Below are positions 27,647 to 39,775 of a stretch of DNA of 64,000 nucleotides, one piece after another (the stretch's first letter is position 1; every line of letters begins with the position of its first letter). The stretch is from Mobula hypostoma (taxonomy: Eukaryota): contig NC_086109.1 of the NCBI RefSeq assembly GCF_963921235.1, positions 23,748,001-23,812,000 of the forward strand, written 5' to 3'. The translations under genes were made by a program, and so were the position numbers. The notes below the pieces were generated by a model that was not told the DNA's origin, made no database searches, and saw nothing but the letters and a program-made list of their open reading frames with translations.

Positions 27647-28358
27647 ATCCAAGGCTTCAATGCATATGCAAAAGAGCATGGATTTCTGTAACTTGCTGGC
27701 TGCTATTTGCCAGTGATTTCCCAATTGTACTCTGATAGCGCACTTATTATGAAGTCTAGCAAAGGAGAACAATTCCCAAGACCCACAAAGCAGAACTAGG
27801 ACAAAGAACTGGTGTAGGTCTCACCCATTGGAAGGCGGTCTCCTATATTGATTAAACTGGGGAGAAATAGTAGGGAGGGATTAAGTGCTATTATTTTCCG
27901 GTGGTTCTCTAATTCTTTGAAATTATAAAGATGCTTTTAAAATGCGGTTTTGTGTTTAGTACTTTTTACATTTAGAATTTTAAAGTGATCCATGTTTTAA
28001 CATTCTTGAATATATTCCAATACAATCAGGAACATTCAAAAATATTTTTAGTGTTTTGACAGCTTGACAGTCAAATGAACTAAGGGATTGGGTCAGTTAC
28101 CTGTAATAAGATGTCTTGGCCAAACTTTCACAGATGTGGCTTGTTCTGCCTTTACCCACATGACAGGATCTGGGAGAAGTGTCTGGCCTCATTCTCAGCT
28201 TGAGCTACCAGTTTGCAGCAACTTCTCACCATGGCATTGCTGAGGTGAGTTTGACCTACCAGTGGTGGCATGACCTTGGTCATTCTGCTTACCGGTCATT
28301 GCTCTATGGTAAAATATGTATGTTAATAAAATGAAATACCCATGCCAGAGATACTCAC

Positions 28359-28685
28359 CTTCGTCTGCGTCAGAAGGGATCTGAGATGCTGTTGACCTGG
28401 AACTGGATTTGCTCTTCTTACTGCTGTGGCTGTTGATGGACGGGTAGGACTGCAGTTTGCCATGCTTGTAGTGTGAGGTTGATGGTGCCGACTGTGCCAC
28501 AGCACTGCTGTGCACTCTGGGTCCAACTGGAGAGAGGGTAACTGGACTCTGTGGCTTGTAAGCAGCTTCAGAGATGGTGCTGTTTGGCTGGGTGTCCTGT
28601 CTAACAGCATTTTGTGACGACACAGGGCCTACGGCAACCTTTCCTGGCGTGAAGTAACTTGTTGAAGGGGTAGGCTGCGGTTGAC
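28359..28685 (-). CDS. MDFI: MyoD family inhibitor, penultimate coding exon
   Basis: Acceptor ttcttttattttctcttgtctaaAG (28687-28686); donor G|GTGAGT (28358). 327 nt, phase 1-1; G+AC = Asp joins the last exon. Encodes QPQP...KLQSYPSINSHSSKKSKSSSRSTASQIPSDADE, similar to mammalian MDFI KLQTHPSLASQGSKKSKSSSKSTTSQIP. Confidence 0.93.
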
Positions 28686-28811
28686 CTTTAGACAAGAGAA
28701 AATAAAAGAAGCTTTAATCTCCAGTATTAACTCCAGCTGGAAGGACAAAGGCAGTAAGCAAACAGGACTCTCACCAATCTCCCCTTTACGTCACTCACCT
28801 AACCCAGAGAC

Positions 28812-30450
28812 CAGGGTTTCTTAACTGGGGTTCCGTGGAACCCTAGCATCCTGTGAGAGGTCGCTAGCGGTTCCATGAGAGATCATGATTAAAAGAAATA
28901 AAAGTTTTTTTTTAACTTTCTGCAATGCTGGAGCTCACAGTGGTGGGCAGCGACCGAACTGCCCCATAAGCAATCTCAGGCCAGTATGACAATGCGCGGG
29001 TGGACCGTGTTTATTTGGTTGAGTTCATTTTCAGTTTTTGATGCAAGGTAGGGGAGGCCGTTGATAATTGGTGAGTGCAGTATTGCACGGCGGGGAGGAT
29101 GGTAGGCTTTTGAGGAGCGTGAAGTGCATTTTCCGAGCATTGAATGGACTCGCCTAAATTGGGCTGTGACGTCAGCCTCTCCCGCTCAAATTACCTACCC
29201 CAATTCCCCTTATGTACTGCCAACTTACTTATGGGAGTGAACAAACTTCCAGTGTAGTAGGAAATTGGAGGGAAATTTTCATTCTAAAGATGGACCAGTG
29301 TGGCGATTTTTGAAGAGGAGGTGTGAGATGGAAGAGCAGGATTCTAGGCCTGGACCTACAGACAAATCTGATAAGGTTAGCGATGAAGAATTACAATATT
29401 CTGGTCATTTCACTGCACCAGTGCAACAATGGACACAAAAAAGTCCATCTTTACAATGAAAGCTACTGATCAATGGGTTTTACATGGACTGGCGATCCAA
29501 GTTGGCCTATTCCATTGTGCCAAGTCTGTGGCAAACAACTTTCACGTGTAGCAATGGCTCCAGCAAAATTGAAAAGACATTGAACTACAAATCACAGCTG
29601 TATAGCAAGAAAATTGCTGACTGTTTGAAATGACTCTTGGAATCTTAAAACAAACAGATTAAAGCTTTTGAAAATAAAGTCACAGTCAGAAAAAAGAAAC
29701 AGGAAGCATGTTATTTAGTAGTTTTAAGACCAATTCACTTGACAATATTTTTAAAAAACTGGGCAAAGAGCACACCAATCTCTTGCTACATACAGAAACC
29801 AGTGGCTTAGCAGAGGACGAATTCTCAACAGGGTGTTTGAGCTGAAAGGTGAATTGCAGAAGTACTTTCAAGAAAACAGTAGGCTAGATTTTGCTGAGTG
29901 CTTTGAAGATGAAGAATGGCTGCAGAAACTAGTCTACTTAGCAGGCATTTTTCATCATATGAACCAACTGAAATGGAGAAAATATTTTAACTTCAAGTGA
30001 CAAGATTCTTGGATTTAAAAGGAAACTAGATCGTTGGCAAAAGGAAACCTTGAAATGTTTCCACTGCTGCTTGGACTAAGAGTGAAGAAGGATATCAGAA
30101 AGTCTCGACTCTTATTGAAAACCACCTGGAGAAACTGCAGAACAAAACTGAACGGTATTTTTCCTCCCTTTCAACACAAGTGTATGACTGTGAGAGGGAG
30201 CCTTTCTCTGAATCTTCTGCTCAGCCTGAGAACTGAACTTTGAGAGAAGAAGAAGAACTTTGTGAGATACACTCTGATCATGCACTCAAGATGAGATTTA
30301 CTGATCTGTCCCTGGGCAAGTTCTGGGTTTTTGTGAAAAAAGAGTATCCTGCCATTCATAGGAAAACAACAAACATCTTGCTGCAGTTTTCAACTTCTTA
30401 CATGTGTGAGCAAGCTTTTTCTTGTTTAAAAAGCATCAAGAGCAAGGATA
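28812..30450 (+). mobile_element. hAT (Buster/Charlie-type) DNA transposon fossil, internally deleted, 3' end lost
   Basis: Left terminus CAGGGTTTCTTAACTGGGGTTCC; BED-finger-like peptide YNESY*SMGFTWTGDPSWPIPLCQVCGKQLSRVAMAPAKLKRH at ~29452-29580; hATC-like FWVFVKKEYP...LLQFSTSYMCEQAFS in ORF 30240..30560. Confidence 0.85.
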
Positions 30451-30799
30451 TTTATTGCTTATTTATTCATTATTATTATTACTATTACTACTTTTTTCTT
30501 TCTTTTTGTATTTGCAGTTTGTTGTCTTTTGCTCGCTGGTTGTCCACCCTGTTGGTGTGATCTTCCATTAATTATGTAACAATTATTGGATTTATTGAGC
30601 ATACCCACAGGAAAACGAATCTCAGGTGTGTATATGGTGATATATAGGTGCCTAGATAATAAATTTACCTTGAATTTTGATGCCACGAACTGTTTCTGTC
30701 ACAAATACATGGAAGCATATAGTGAAATCCATTGTTTGTGTGAAGTCAGATCAGCTAGGTTGGGTACGGCAGCCCACAAGTGTCACCACACTTCTAGCG

Positions 30800-30995
30800 C
30801 CAACAGAGCATGTCTACGGTTCACTAACCCTAACCACACACTGTATATCTTTTGGTATGTGGGAGGAAACTGGCACACCCAGAGGGAACCTACGTATGTG
30901 GTGACAGGAAGAACATAGAAATTCCTTATAGACAGCGGGTTCTCTGAACTTACAGCTGGTGCTGTAAATCGTTGTTTTAACCGATACACTACCGT
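30800..30995 (-). mobile_element. V-SINE (HE1-like)
   Basis: TCTTTTGGTATGTGGGAGGAAACTGGCACACCC core on minus. Confidence 0.65.
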
Positions 30996-31659
30996 GCCAA
31001 GCCATGTAAAGCAGCTGGAAGCATAATTTCCTCATCATTACTGGGGAAAAACATCCTGAATTTTCCGACCAGACTATTTTGTTAGCGTATCTTCACCACC
31101 TGAACTGAAACTTCAACAAATACTTCACTATCACGATTAAATGTGTCAACCTGATCCTGGCAGTAAGTGCCAAGTTTGTCAGTTATGCCAAAAGTGGAAA
31201 GCTAAAGCAGAGGAGAAGGTCATTATTCAAGACAATCTACAAGTGGATTTCTTTCTGGAATCACACAAAGCAGATACTGATTACCATTTTGAACAATTTG
31301 ATGTCTAATTTCAGTAAAAGGGACTGAAAAGGACAAAGGACAAAGGAAAAAAGGCAAAAAGCTCCCTAATTGTTTAGTAGGTGATTTTTTAAATGGTAAA
31401 CATTCTTCCTTGGATCATTATTGCAGTGGGAGTATCGTACTAATGATATTAAAACTATTCAGAATTAAAACTGCAGCTGACCTCCTGCCCAAAGTCTCAT
31501 TGCCCCACGATACCTCCATCTTCTTGACATGTCTGACTGGGCATTGGTTAGGCATCAGAAACTGTTTCAAGACAACCTTTCTAGCAACCTATGCAAGACT
31601 TCACAATAATATCCATATATAATGATACCAAGAGCCCAATCAACATTTCCTACCTCATG

Positions 31660-32055
31660 GTTATAATTTCATATAAAATTATGAAAGGGATAGATAAGAG
31701 AGAGGCAGGAAAGTTATTTCCACTGGTAGGTGAGACTAGAAATAGGAGACAGCCTCAAGATTCAGGGCAGTAGATCTGGGATGGAGATGAGGAGGAACTG
31801 CTTTTCCCGGAGGGTGGTGAATCTGTGGAATTCTCTGCCCAATGAAGCAGTGGAGGCTACCTCAGTAAATATATTTAAGACAAAGTTGGATAGATTTTTG
31901 CATAGTAGGGGAATTAAGGGTTATGGGGAAAAGGCGGGTAGGTGGAGATGAGTCTATGGCCAGATCAGCCATGATCTTAATAAATGGCGGAGCAGGCTCG
32001 ATGGGCCAGATGGACTACTCCTTCTCCTATTTCTTATGTTCTTATGTTCTTATGG
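31660..32055 (+). mobile_element. CR1 LINE 3' end
   Basis: YKIMKGIDK / FSRRVVNLWNSLP / GIKGYGEKAG peptides; (TTCTTATG)n tail. Confidence 0.9.
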
Positions 32056-32504
32056 TACACCCTAAGGCACTGAAGTGAGTTCAATTATCAGCAAGGAGGA
32101 AAGGCCACGTCACGTACCACAAAACTGTGAAGAACACCCATATGCAACAATGCTGCACTCCCTCAGTACTGAGGTTAAAGCATTGCAAAACCCCCTCAGA
32201 AACTCTCAGTGTTGGTCCACTAATAAAGCCATCCCCTCACAGCACTGACTGTCTGCACTGCAACACTACCTCAGTATTAACCTACAGGTACTTTAGCATT
32301 CTCTCAACCCTGACTTTGTGTCTCCATGTCAGAAACCCACAGTGCCAGTCCACTGACAGAGTAGCGCCCCTCAGAAAATGAAACCGGGAGGGTAAGTCTT
32401 GGGCTGGACACTGAGAAGAGGTCAATTGTCAGCAAGCAGGAAAGGCCATACCAGGTAGCAAAAAAACTGGGGGAAAAATTTAGTTAAGGACATCTACATC
32501 CAGA

Positions 32505-32870
32505 CACCGTGATACCCTCAGTACTGATCCTCAGATAGTGCAGCACGCCCTCAGTACCAAACCTCTGATAATGTAGCACACGCTCTGCACTGACCCTCAG
32601 ACATTACCGTACTCTTTCAGAGCTGATGCTCTGACATGACACTACACTCTAGGCACTGACCTTCAGAATGTGCGGCACTCCCTCAACAATGGCCTTCCGA
32701 CAGTGTGACACCCCCTCGGCAATGGCCTTCCGACAGTGTGGCACTCCCTCAACAATGGCCTTCAGACAGAGCGGCACTTCCTCAACAATGGCCTTCAGAC
32801 AGAGTGGCACTCCCTCGAAAATGGCAGTACCACACCCGCTCAACATTGACCCTCTCTCAATGCTGCAGTC
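32505..32870. repeat. 33-bp minisatellite
   Basis: Near-identical units TGYGGCACTCCCTCAACAATGGCCTTCMGACAG at 32671, 32704, 32737, 32770, with more degenerate units on either side. Confidence 0.85.
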
Positions 32871-33561
32871 CCCTCCCCAATTATTGTTTCTCAGACATTA
32901 ATACCAAATGGACTATCCATCGGTGTGGCAGACACTCGGTATTGCACTGGAATTTTTGTGCACTCAAATCCTTGGTTCTGGATTGACCCTACAATTTTTT
33001 AAATGCAGAAGACAAGGTATCACCCACAGAGATGTGCAAACAGGTACAGCTAATGAGATTTCAATTAAAAAGCCCTGCATGTCCAAGGTGAGATAATGGT
33101 TCCTGAATCCTGATTGAATTAATATGGCCCCATTTTATACAAATACACTACATTATCTGCCTGTGCTAATTAAAAGCTGTGCATTGGAGAGAATATAAAG
33201 ACCCTGGGAAACTGAAATCAATCATCTCACTTCACATCAAGTCACTCGAGCAATTTAATTTTAACTTTTTAATTTAAGAAACATTCTGTGGTTGGTTCCA
33301 ACCTGAATCAATTTGCTTTGCATTACTGAGCACTGCAGTTCTGCTCCTCACTTCCATCTGGTTTGGATACTTTATTCAACGGTTTAACTTCCTCTGCCCT
33401 CTCCTGTCCCCACTGTCTTTTCCCATCTTGCACCACTGGGGGTTCTCAGTCAGTGGTGCCTGAGAGTGGTCAGTTTTTGTTTTAATTATAAATGGGAGAT
33501 CAGGAGCATTAATAAGAGAAAGGAGAATGGGAGGGATAACTCCTGGCCTGGACCTTGCTGA

Positions 33562-33952
33562 CCTCCAAGAGGACCACAACCTTGCCCTAGGGCTTGGAGG
33601 CTTGCGTGCCTCAGTGACCTGGAGAGCTATGTTGGTTGGAGTCAGAGCTTTACGCTTTGGCTCTTGGTAGGATCATCTATGCCAAACAGGTCAAAGAGTA
33701 GAGGCCAGACTAATAGTAGTCCACCAGTCCTCTGGGTTGGGGGGGGGGGGGTTCAGCTCATGGCTAACCACCCTGACTGGTAAAATGAAATAGCCACGGA
33801 AACAGCAACACAGAATCTTTCTACATCTGAGTGCGACAGTCTCCACCCAGAACTTGAATGACTGACAGCAGCTACGGACGCGATAAACACTGCCAGAGAT
33901 GGAAGACCTTCACTGCTGCCCTAAACGCCAGCGGCGTAATGGACAGTACAGA
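33562..33952 (+). mobile_element. Bipartite non-autonomous RTE element
   Basis: 12-bp TSD GGACCTTGCTGA (33550-33561, 33953-33964); RTE/Rex3-like 5' UTR (GAGGCTTGCGTGCCTCAGTGACC...GAGCTATGTTGG) fused to an RTE-like 3' end (CCAGAGATGGAAGACCTTCACTGCTGCCCTA). Confidence 0.75.
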
Positions 33953-35153
33953 GGACCTTGCTGAGAAAGTAAGAGGAAGGCAAATTAGTTGATGGCATGA
34001 GCAAGTAGACCAGAGCGGAGATAGTAACTCATTTGTGGGCTGTTCTGCTTTCATTTGTTGACACTACTCACAGGTTTCAGTCACACTATTAAATTGAGGA
34101 AAGAAATCATGGCGAATCATTCAAGGTTTACAATGATAAACATCCCTTTAGATTTTAGCAAGATCTATCAAATTTGCCTGGTGTCCTCAATGTAATTGTG
34201 TGAGCTTTATAGCCTGTCTTTCTAAATTGTGGGTTAGCTAAGCAGCATTAGGGTATGGTGGGCAAAGGTCCATCTCTGTAAAACCCTGGGATACAGTAAT
34301 GTTAGGTACAGTGCCCTTACAGTGTAAGATTGGGGTAGCGTACTAGTGGCACAGGTCCCAGCGGTAGAAGATTGGTACGTAACGTTTTAGGGGATGAACC
34401 GCAAGTAACCTCTGCTGGAGGGTGTATGATGTTCTGTGCAATACAGAAAACCCCCAAGTGATAGCTCAGTGAGCCTCCCGTGGTGTTGTTCATGCATAGT
34501 TTAGGTTCTGTTGCTATGATGTTTAGCTGATGTGTTTTAACTTATATTTTTCCTTAAACAAAACAGAATTATAGACATCTATGACACAGAGGGAGGCCAC
34601 CACGTCCATATCAGCTAATAGCTTATCCCTTCAAATCTCACTTCTTAGGCCTGGATTTAGAGTCTAGTAGGTTACAGCGTATAATGCGCATATTTAAATA
34701 TATTTTTAAGTACACTATGTTTAAGAGGTAGTTAAGTAGGTATGGCTTTGAAGGACATGGTCTTATCTTCGACAAGTGTGGTTAGTGCAGATGGGCAGAA
34801 AACATGGTCATGATGGGCCGAAAGGCCTATTGTTATGTTCTACAGCTCCATGATTTCAATGAACCTCAGGAAAGACTGAATGAGGTCTCTAGAACATGTT
34901 TCACACTCAGAGCAAAACTATAAACCAATGGGTTTACACAATAAGACAACACGCAGAATAGGAACAGGATGAAGCATACAATCTCTGACATTCATTTCCA
35001 TGGATGCTGCCTGGCCTTCTGAGTTCCTGCAGCATCTTGAGTGTATTGCTTTGGATTTCCAGCATCTGTAGACTTCCTCATGTCACACCTACTTGCCAAG
35101 GCTGATCTGTCAGCTAAAGCCTAGTGACATTCTCAATCCCCTAAATCACTTAC

Positions 35154-35438
35154 TAGGGTCTCCAAATTGGGGTCCACAGATGATTACCATGGGCAGCAGT
35201 GGAGGCCAAGTCATTGGGTGTATTTAAGGCAGAGATTGATAGGTATCTGAGTAGCCAGGGCATCAAAGGTTATGGTGAGAAGGCGGGGCAGTGGGACTAA
35301 ATAGGATAAAATGGATCAGCTCATGATAAAATGGCGGAGCAGACTCAATGGGCCGAATGGCCTACTTCTGCTCCTTTGTCTTATGGTCTTATGGTTAATG
35401 GTAGGTGGCCATGGCATAAAAATGGTTGGGAACCCCTG
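35154..35438. mobile_element. Short hAT MITE carrying a CR1 3'-end insertion (~35185-35392)
   Basis: Ends TAGGGTCTCCAAATTGGGGTCCA...GGTTGGGAACCCCTG; internal GGCATCAAAGGTTATGGTGAGAAGGC and (TCTTATGG)n CR1 tail. Confidence 0.6.
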
Positions 35439-36143
35439 AATTAAACAGTGTGGGTGCCCAAAAATCTTAAAGGCAGTCTCATATTTGAATAGCTCAATAA
35501 TAGCATCCACATTCTTCTGCGGCAGAATTATAACTTCTTGACTGTAAAATAAATCCTGCAATATGACTGGACATTACCATTTCTTTTCCTCAATAGCTTG
35601 ATAAGGAAGTATTCATGTCCTGTGTATGCACAATCTACTTTTCATGCATGTTTGATGGAAATACACCCTTAGGACTTCCCTAAACATTTCACTGTCAAAA
35701 AAGAACTTTTAGAAACATAGTTCCTGTTATGGAGCAGGAAAAGTGCATACAGAAAGGGCTTACAGATATGGGCCCCAAGACACTGGAAGACATCCTTCTC
35801 CAATACAGTAGTTAAATGGAGTCATTTATATTTGACTTGGTACAAGGATTATTTTGTATTTACCACACAGCCTTGTCTCTCTCATACATAAATTTCACCA
35901 TTTCATGGGTTAGATAGAAAATAAACTACTGTACTCTACTCCTTGGGCTGACAGAAGTCTTTTTACAGTTCAGAGGCACACTCCCGATTTTGGGTATATG
36001 GTTGGCTGTGGGAGGGGGAGGTGGACATGTTTTGTTGATTGTCTCCTCTCTTTTGAAGAGGGAGTACGCTGTCTCTGCTTGCTCACCAGAGGCCCTCTAG
36101 GCAGAGAGAGTGCTTTCGGAACACCGGGGACAATATTTAACTT

Positions 36144-36307
36144 CAAACAAGAGAAAATCTGCAGATGCTGGAGATCAAAGTTGCACACACAAAATGCTGG
36201 AGGAACTCAGCAGTCCTGCTCAAAGGTCTCGACCCGAACCGCTGACTACTCTTTTTCATAGTTGCTGCCTGGCCTGCTGAGATCCTACAGCATTTTGCGT
36301 GTGTTAC
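36144..36307. mobile_element. Penelope-derived fold-back insertion
   Basis: TSD CAATATTT(T)AACTT (36131-36143, 36308-36321); inverted ACACACAAAATGCTG.../...CAGCATTTTGCGTGT; decayed hammerhead ~36213-36246. Confidence 0.75.
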
Positions 36308-39300
36308 CAATATTTTAACTTGGTTAGTTGATGTTTTAATAACATTATTTTAATACAGAACAGAGAAAAGAAACACAAAATGGTCTGAAAATAAAGATCA
36401 GCAAAGACTGGGTACAGAATGAGAGATGCCAAGGTACCAACAATCAACGTTAAAATGATCTCTTTATCTCGTTATCTCATGTTCCAGTTATTTATTGCTA
36501 TTTATTTGCATTTGCACAGCTGGTTGTCTTCTGCACTCTGGTTGATCTTTCATTAACCCTGTTATAGTTACTATTCTATAGATTTACTGAATATGCCTAC
36601 AGGAAAATAAATCTCATGGTTATATATAGTGACGTATGTGTACTTTGATAATAAATTTACTTTGATCTTTGATGCAAAGATGCGACTGAGAAATGGGAGA
36701 CTGGACTGCTCATGTTGATTTTAACAATCCTCTCACAAAGCCAACAAGTAGCATTCCAATGGTGAATTTGTTTGTTTTGATCCAGTTCTGCCTGCAAGCT
36801 TTTAAATCTCAGTCTATCTCCTTACACTTCTGCATTAATCACCACCAAGTGGCAAATGTGCAGACCATCATGGGCCACAAAATAATTACAGGATTCTTAT
36901 GCACAGGATTTGAGATTCCAATTTCACTGGTCATATCGCAATCATATACCTGCTAAAAAGAGAGAAGACTGAACAAACCAGTTTTAGACAAGTTTGAGGT
37001 AGAGAAAGATAAAAACACTGACTGCTAATTTTTTTTTCGCAAATCCTGAATACAGACGATATTAAAATATAATTTGAAAGAGTTCAGATCATGGTAACAG
37101 AAGCAATTCCACTTAGTGATTTGGAGTGTACAAAGCCAACCTCTTTTATACAACAGCCTGGGGCAGGTTTGGTGGTTTTGACATGATATCAAATGCATAT
37201 GTTTGTTGTCTGCAAAAATATTGGCTCAATGATCACTCTTCTCAAACAGAACCAAAGCTTAGCTATCAAGTAGAGGTTTTATTGTAATCCTGAAAAATCT
37301 AAAAATAAATCCAATTTTTAAAGTTCTCTCTCTCTCTCTCTCTCTCTGTCAATAGAACTTGTGGTGTTCCATGGTAGTGTAGCGGTTAGTGTGATGTTAT
37401 TACAGCTCGAGGCATCGGAGACGGTCATTGTATAAATTGTCCTGGGATCAGACTACTGTTAAATAGGTGGGTTGCTGGGCAGCCTGGCTCACTGGGCTGG
37501 TAGGGCCTGTTCCACCCTGTATCTTTAAATAAAAATAAATAAAAATGATGTCAATCCAAAATCTGCTTTGGAGGCTCCTTCATCATACAAGCACAACATA
37601 CATACAATGTCATTCAGAACCTCAGACATCTGCATACAAAATCAACAAACAAACTCTCTTTTACAAACATTCACAAACTCACAAGCATAAACACATAGAC
37701 CGACATAGATTTAATATACACACATTTGCACTCCCACAGCCACACAAAAGCATAAAAAATTCAAATTAAATATACAGAAACACACATTAACATGCAGACA
37801 ATGATGGGTGTGGTGGGACACTTCAAATTGTTCCTAAATTCACTTTTTCCTTGGAATTGATCCTCACTTTCTTCAGCAGTAACCTGGCAGCTGCCTTCTT
37901 CTTGTTCCTGTTGAATTATTAACACTGTGGAAGGACTTGGGATGGGAAAGAGAAGCTGAACTGTCAGTAGTTGAGAAGGAAGATGAGCTCATGGTGCATA
38001 GGGTGGGTGGGACTTGATGCAAGAGGGAGGGGCAACCAGCGCCTGAGGAAAAGGGATGCTAAACAAAGCCACGTAGCATAAGAGTTAGGAAAGGTGATCA
38101 GCAGTACAGTGAAAATAGCCTTGGGAGCATAGGGCAAGTCTGGTAGCAAGGGAGCTCAGAAGGGATAAGAAACTAACAGACAAAAAAGATAGATGGAGGG
38201 ATAAAACAGAGGAGAACATCAGAGAAACAAACAATCTGCTAAAGGAATTAAGCAGATTTGAGTGATTGGAAGGAAAGGAACTATTGATTTTTCAGGTCGT
38301 AACCCTGCATCAGTGGGAGTATTAGAGGTGAATGAAAGGATAATCTCCACTTTAGGAACAACTACTTTGTATGAGCTCTGAGCATTTCTTAGTGGAAGGT
38401 CAATGAAAGCAGGAAGAGGGACTTAGGTAGTTAACTTTGAGGTGGAAAGAAGTAGAGAGGGATGGGGTTAAGTTTTCACTCTCAGCCAATAAGGTTCCGG
38501 GTGATTTAGGCCAAGGAAGGGGGCTTTGGAAAGCATTTGGCAAACTCTAGCCAGTCCTCTAATTGAGCAGCTGAAATTAGCACATGCTGGGCCCCAAGGA
38601 GTAAAGAGGTGGATTCAATTTGTTGTGGAGAATTGGGCTCAGTTTCAGTGTGGTGGTTGAAGGTTGTGATACAATAAAACTCAATTCCTCCAACATGCAG
38701 TGCCCCCTGCAACAACAATCGTCCCCGCACCAACACAACCACATCCCCATCCCCACCCCTACCTCTGCTTATTCCACCTCCCACTCCTGCCCCACTCCTT
38801 TCCCAGTAATTCTTGTGCTTCCTCAGCAGCCAAGTCCCTGAAGCTGTCAAACTGTCATTCTGGAGTGCTGCTTCCTTTTAACCAGTCTGGTCTATTTGTG
38901 ACTCCAGTGCCATACCAATATGGTTGCACCTTTTCAACACTCCTTAAGACCACTTATTCATGCATGAATGAGGAAATAAATAAGAATGAGAGCTGCCCAA
39001 CACCAGGGTGAAGTAACAAAAAAAAATTCCCTAACGGTGGTTGATAGAGATAGAGAGATCCAGAAAGACCGACACATGCAAGTGCACGTACACTCACAAC
39101 CTTCGTGCCCTCATCGCACGTCATGCATACTCAAAAAGCATAAACACTCATTTGCACCTTAACAGCAGGCAAAATATAAAGCTGTAAATAAACACAAGGT
39201 TTGAATTTGTGTACCACAAGCCAGAATAAAAACACACAAATAGAAGTGCCATTGCTAAGCCAGCAACAGTTTCTAGTATTTTAACTCCCAGCTGCCGGAG

Positions 39301-39461
39301 ATGCTCCAGCGTTTTGAAACCTGAATTTTTTTTCCCTGTACTCTGAATTCGATCTATCCATTAAGTGGATTCTTAATCCCTAATAAAATCCATTGAAAAG
39401 GGTACAATCAAGTACTGGTGGTCATGCAATCAGTCGAGCTGAGTCTGATGCTCCACCATGA

Positions 39462-39775
39462 GGTTAGTTCCTTAATGCAAACTGCCTGTATGTGACTTTG
39501 TTTAACTTGGGGAGGCTGATGCATGGACAGCCACCACACAGTCTTTGACAGATCGGGGTCAGGATCCAGTGGCTTGGCATCCAAGACGACTGGGGACCCT
39601 TCACTGTTGCAGCCTCCTGCACGTGTGATGTGCCATCATCTTCCTCCAGATCTGCTGCTGATCGCACTTTGTCTAGAGCTTCCGCCATGGGCGACTCTAG
39701 CAGGAGCAAAGCTCCAGACAGCATCGCTCTCGGGGTCTCAGGAACTATCCAACACAACAAGGTGATGACCCTCAG
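39462..39775 (-). mobile_element. Non-autonomous RTE-type element
   Basis: Minus strand begins GAGGGTCATCACCTTGTTGTG...GAGAGCGATGCTGTCTGGAGC, resembling RTE 5' UTRs; ends GCATTAAGGAACTAAC. Confidence 0.55.

Noticed and set aside
28195..28358. C-terminal part of ORF 28195..28695 (GEYLWHGYFILL...)
   Set aside because: Intronic read-through past the G|GTGAGT donor at 28358.
32671..32825. CRISPR-like periodicity
   Set aside because: Head-to-tail tandem units with no unique spacers, in a eukaryotic context with no cas genes.
32649..32986. ORFs with 11-aa repeats (GTPSTMAFRQC etc.)
   Set aside because: Translation of the 33-bp minisatellite; open in several frames, with no splice or homology support.
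33320..33460. Purine-rich minus-strand stretch as a possible MDFI exon
   Set aside because: The phase-1 donor at ~33350 has no in-frame acceptor or ATG; the frame is closed by TGA.
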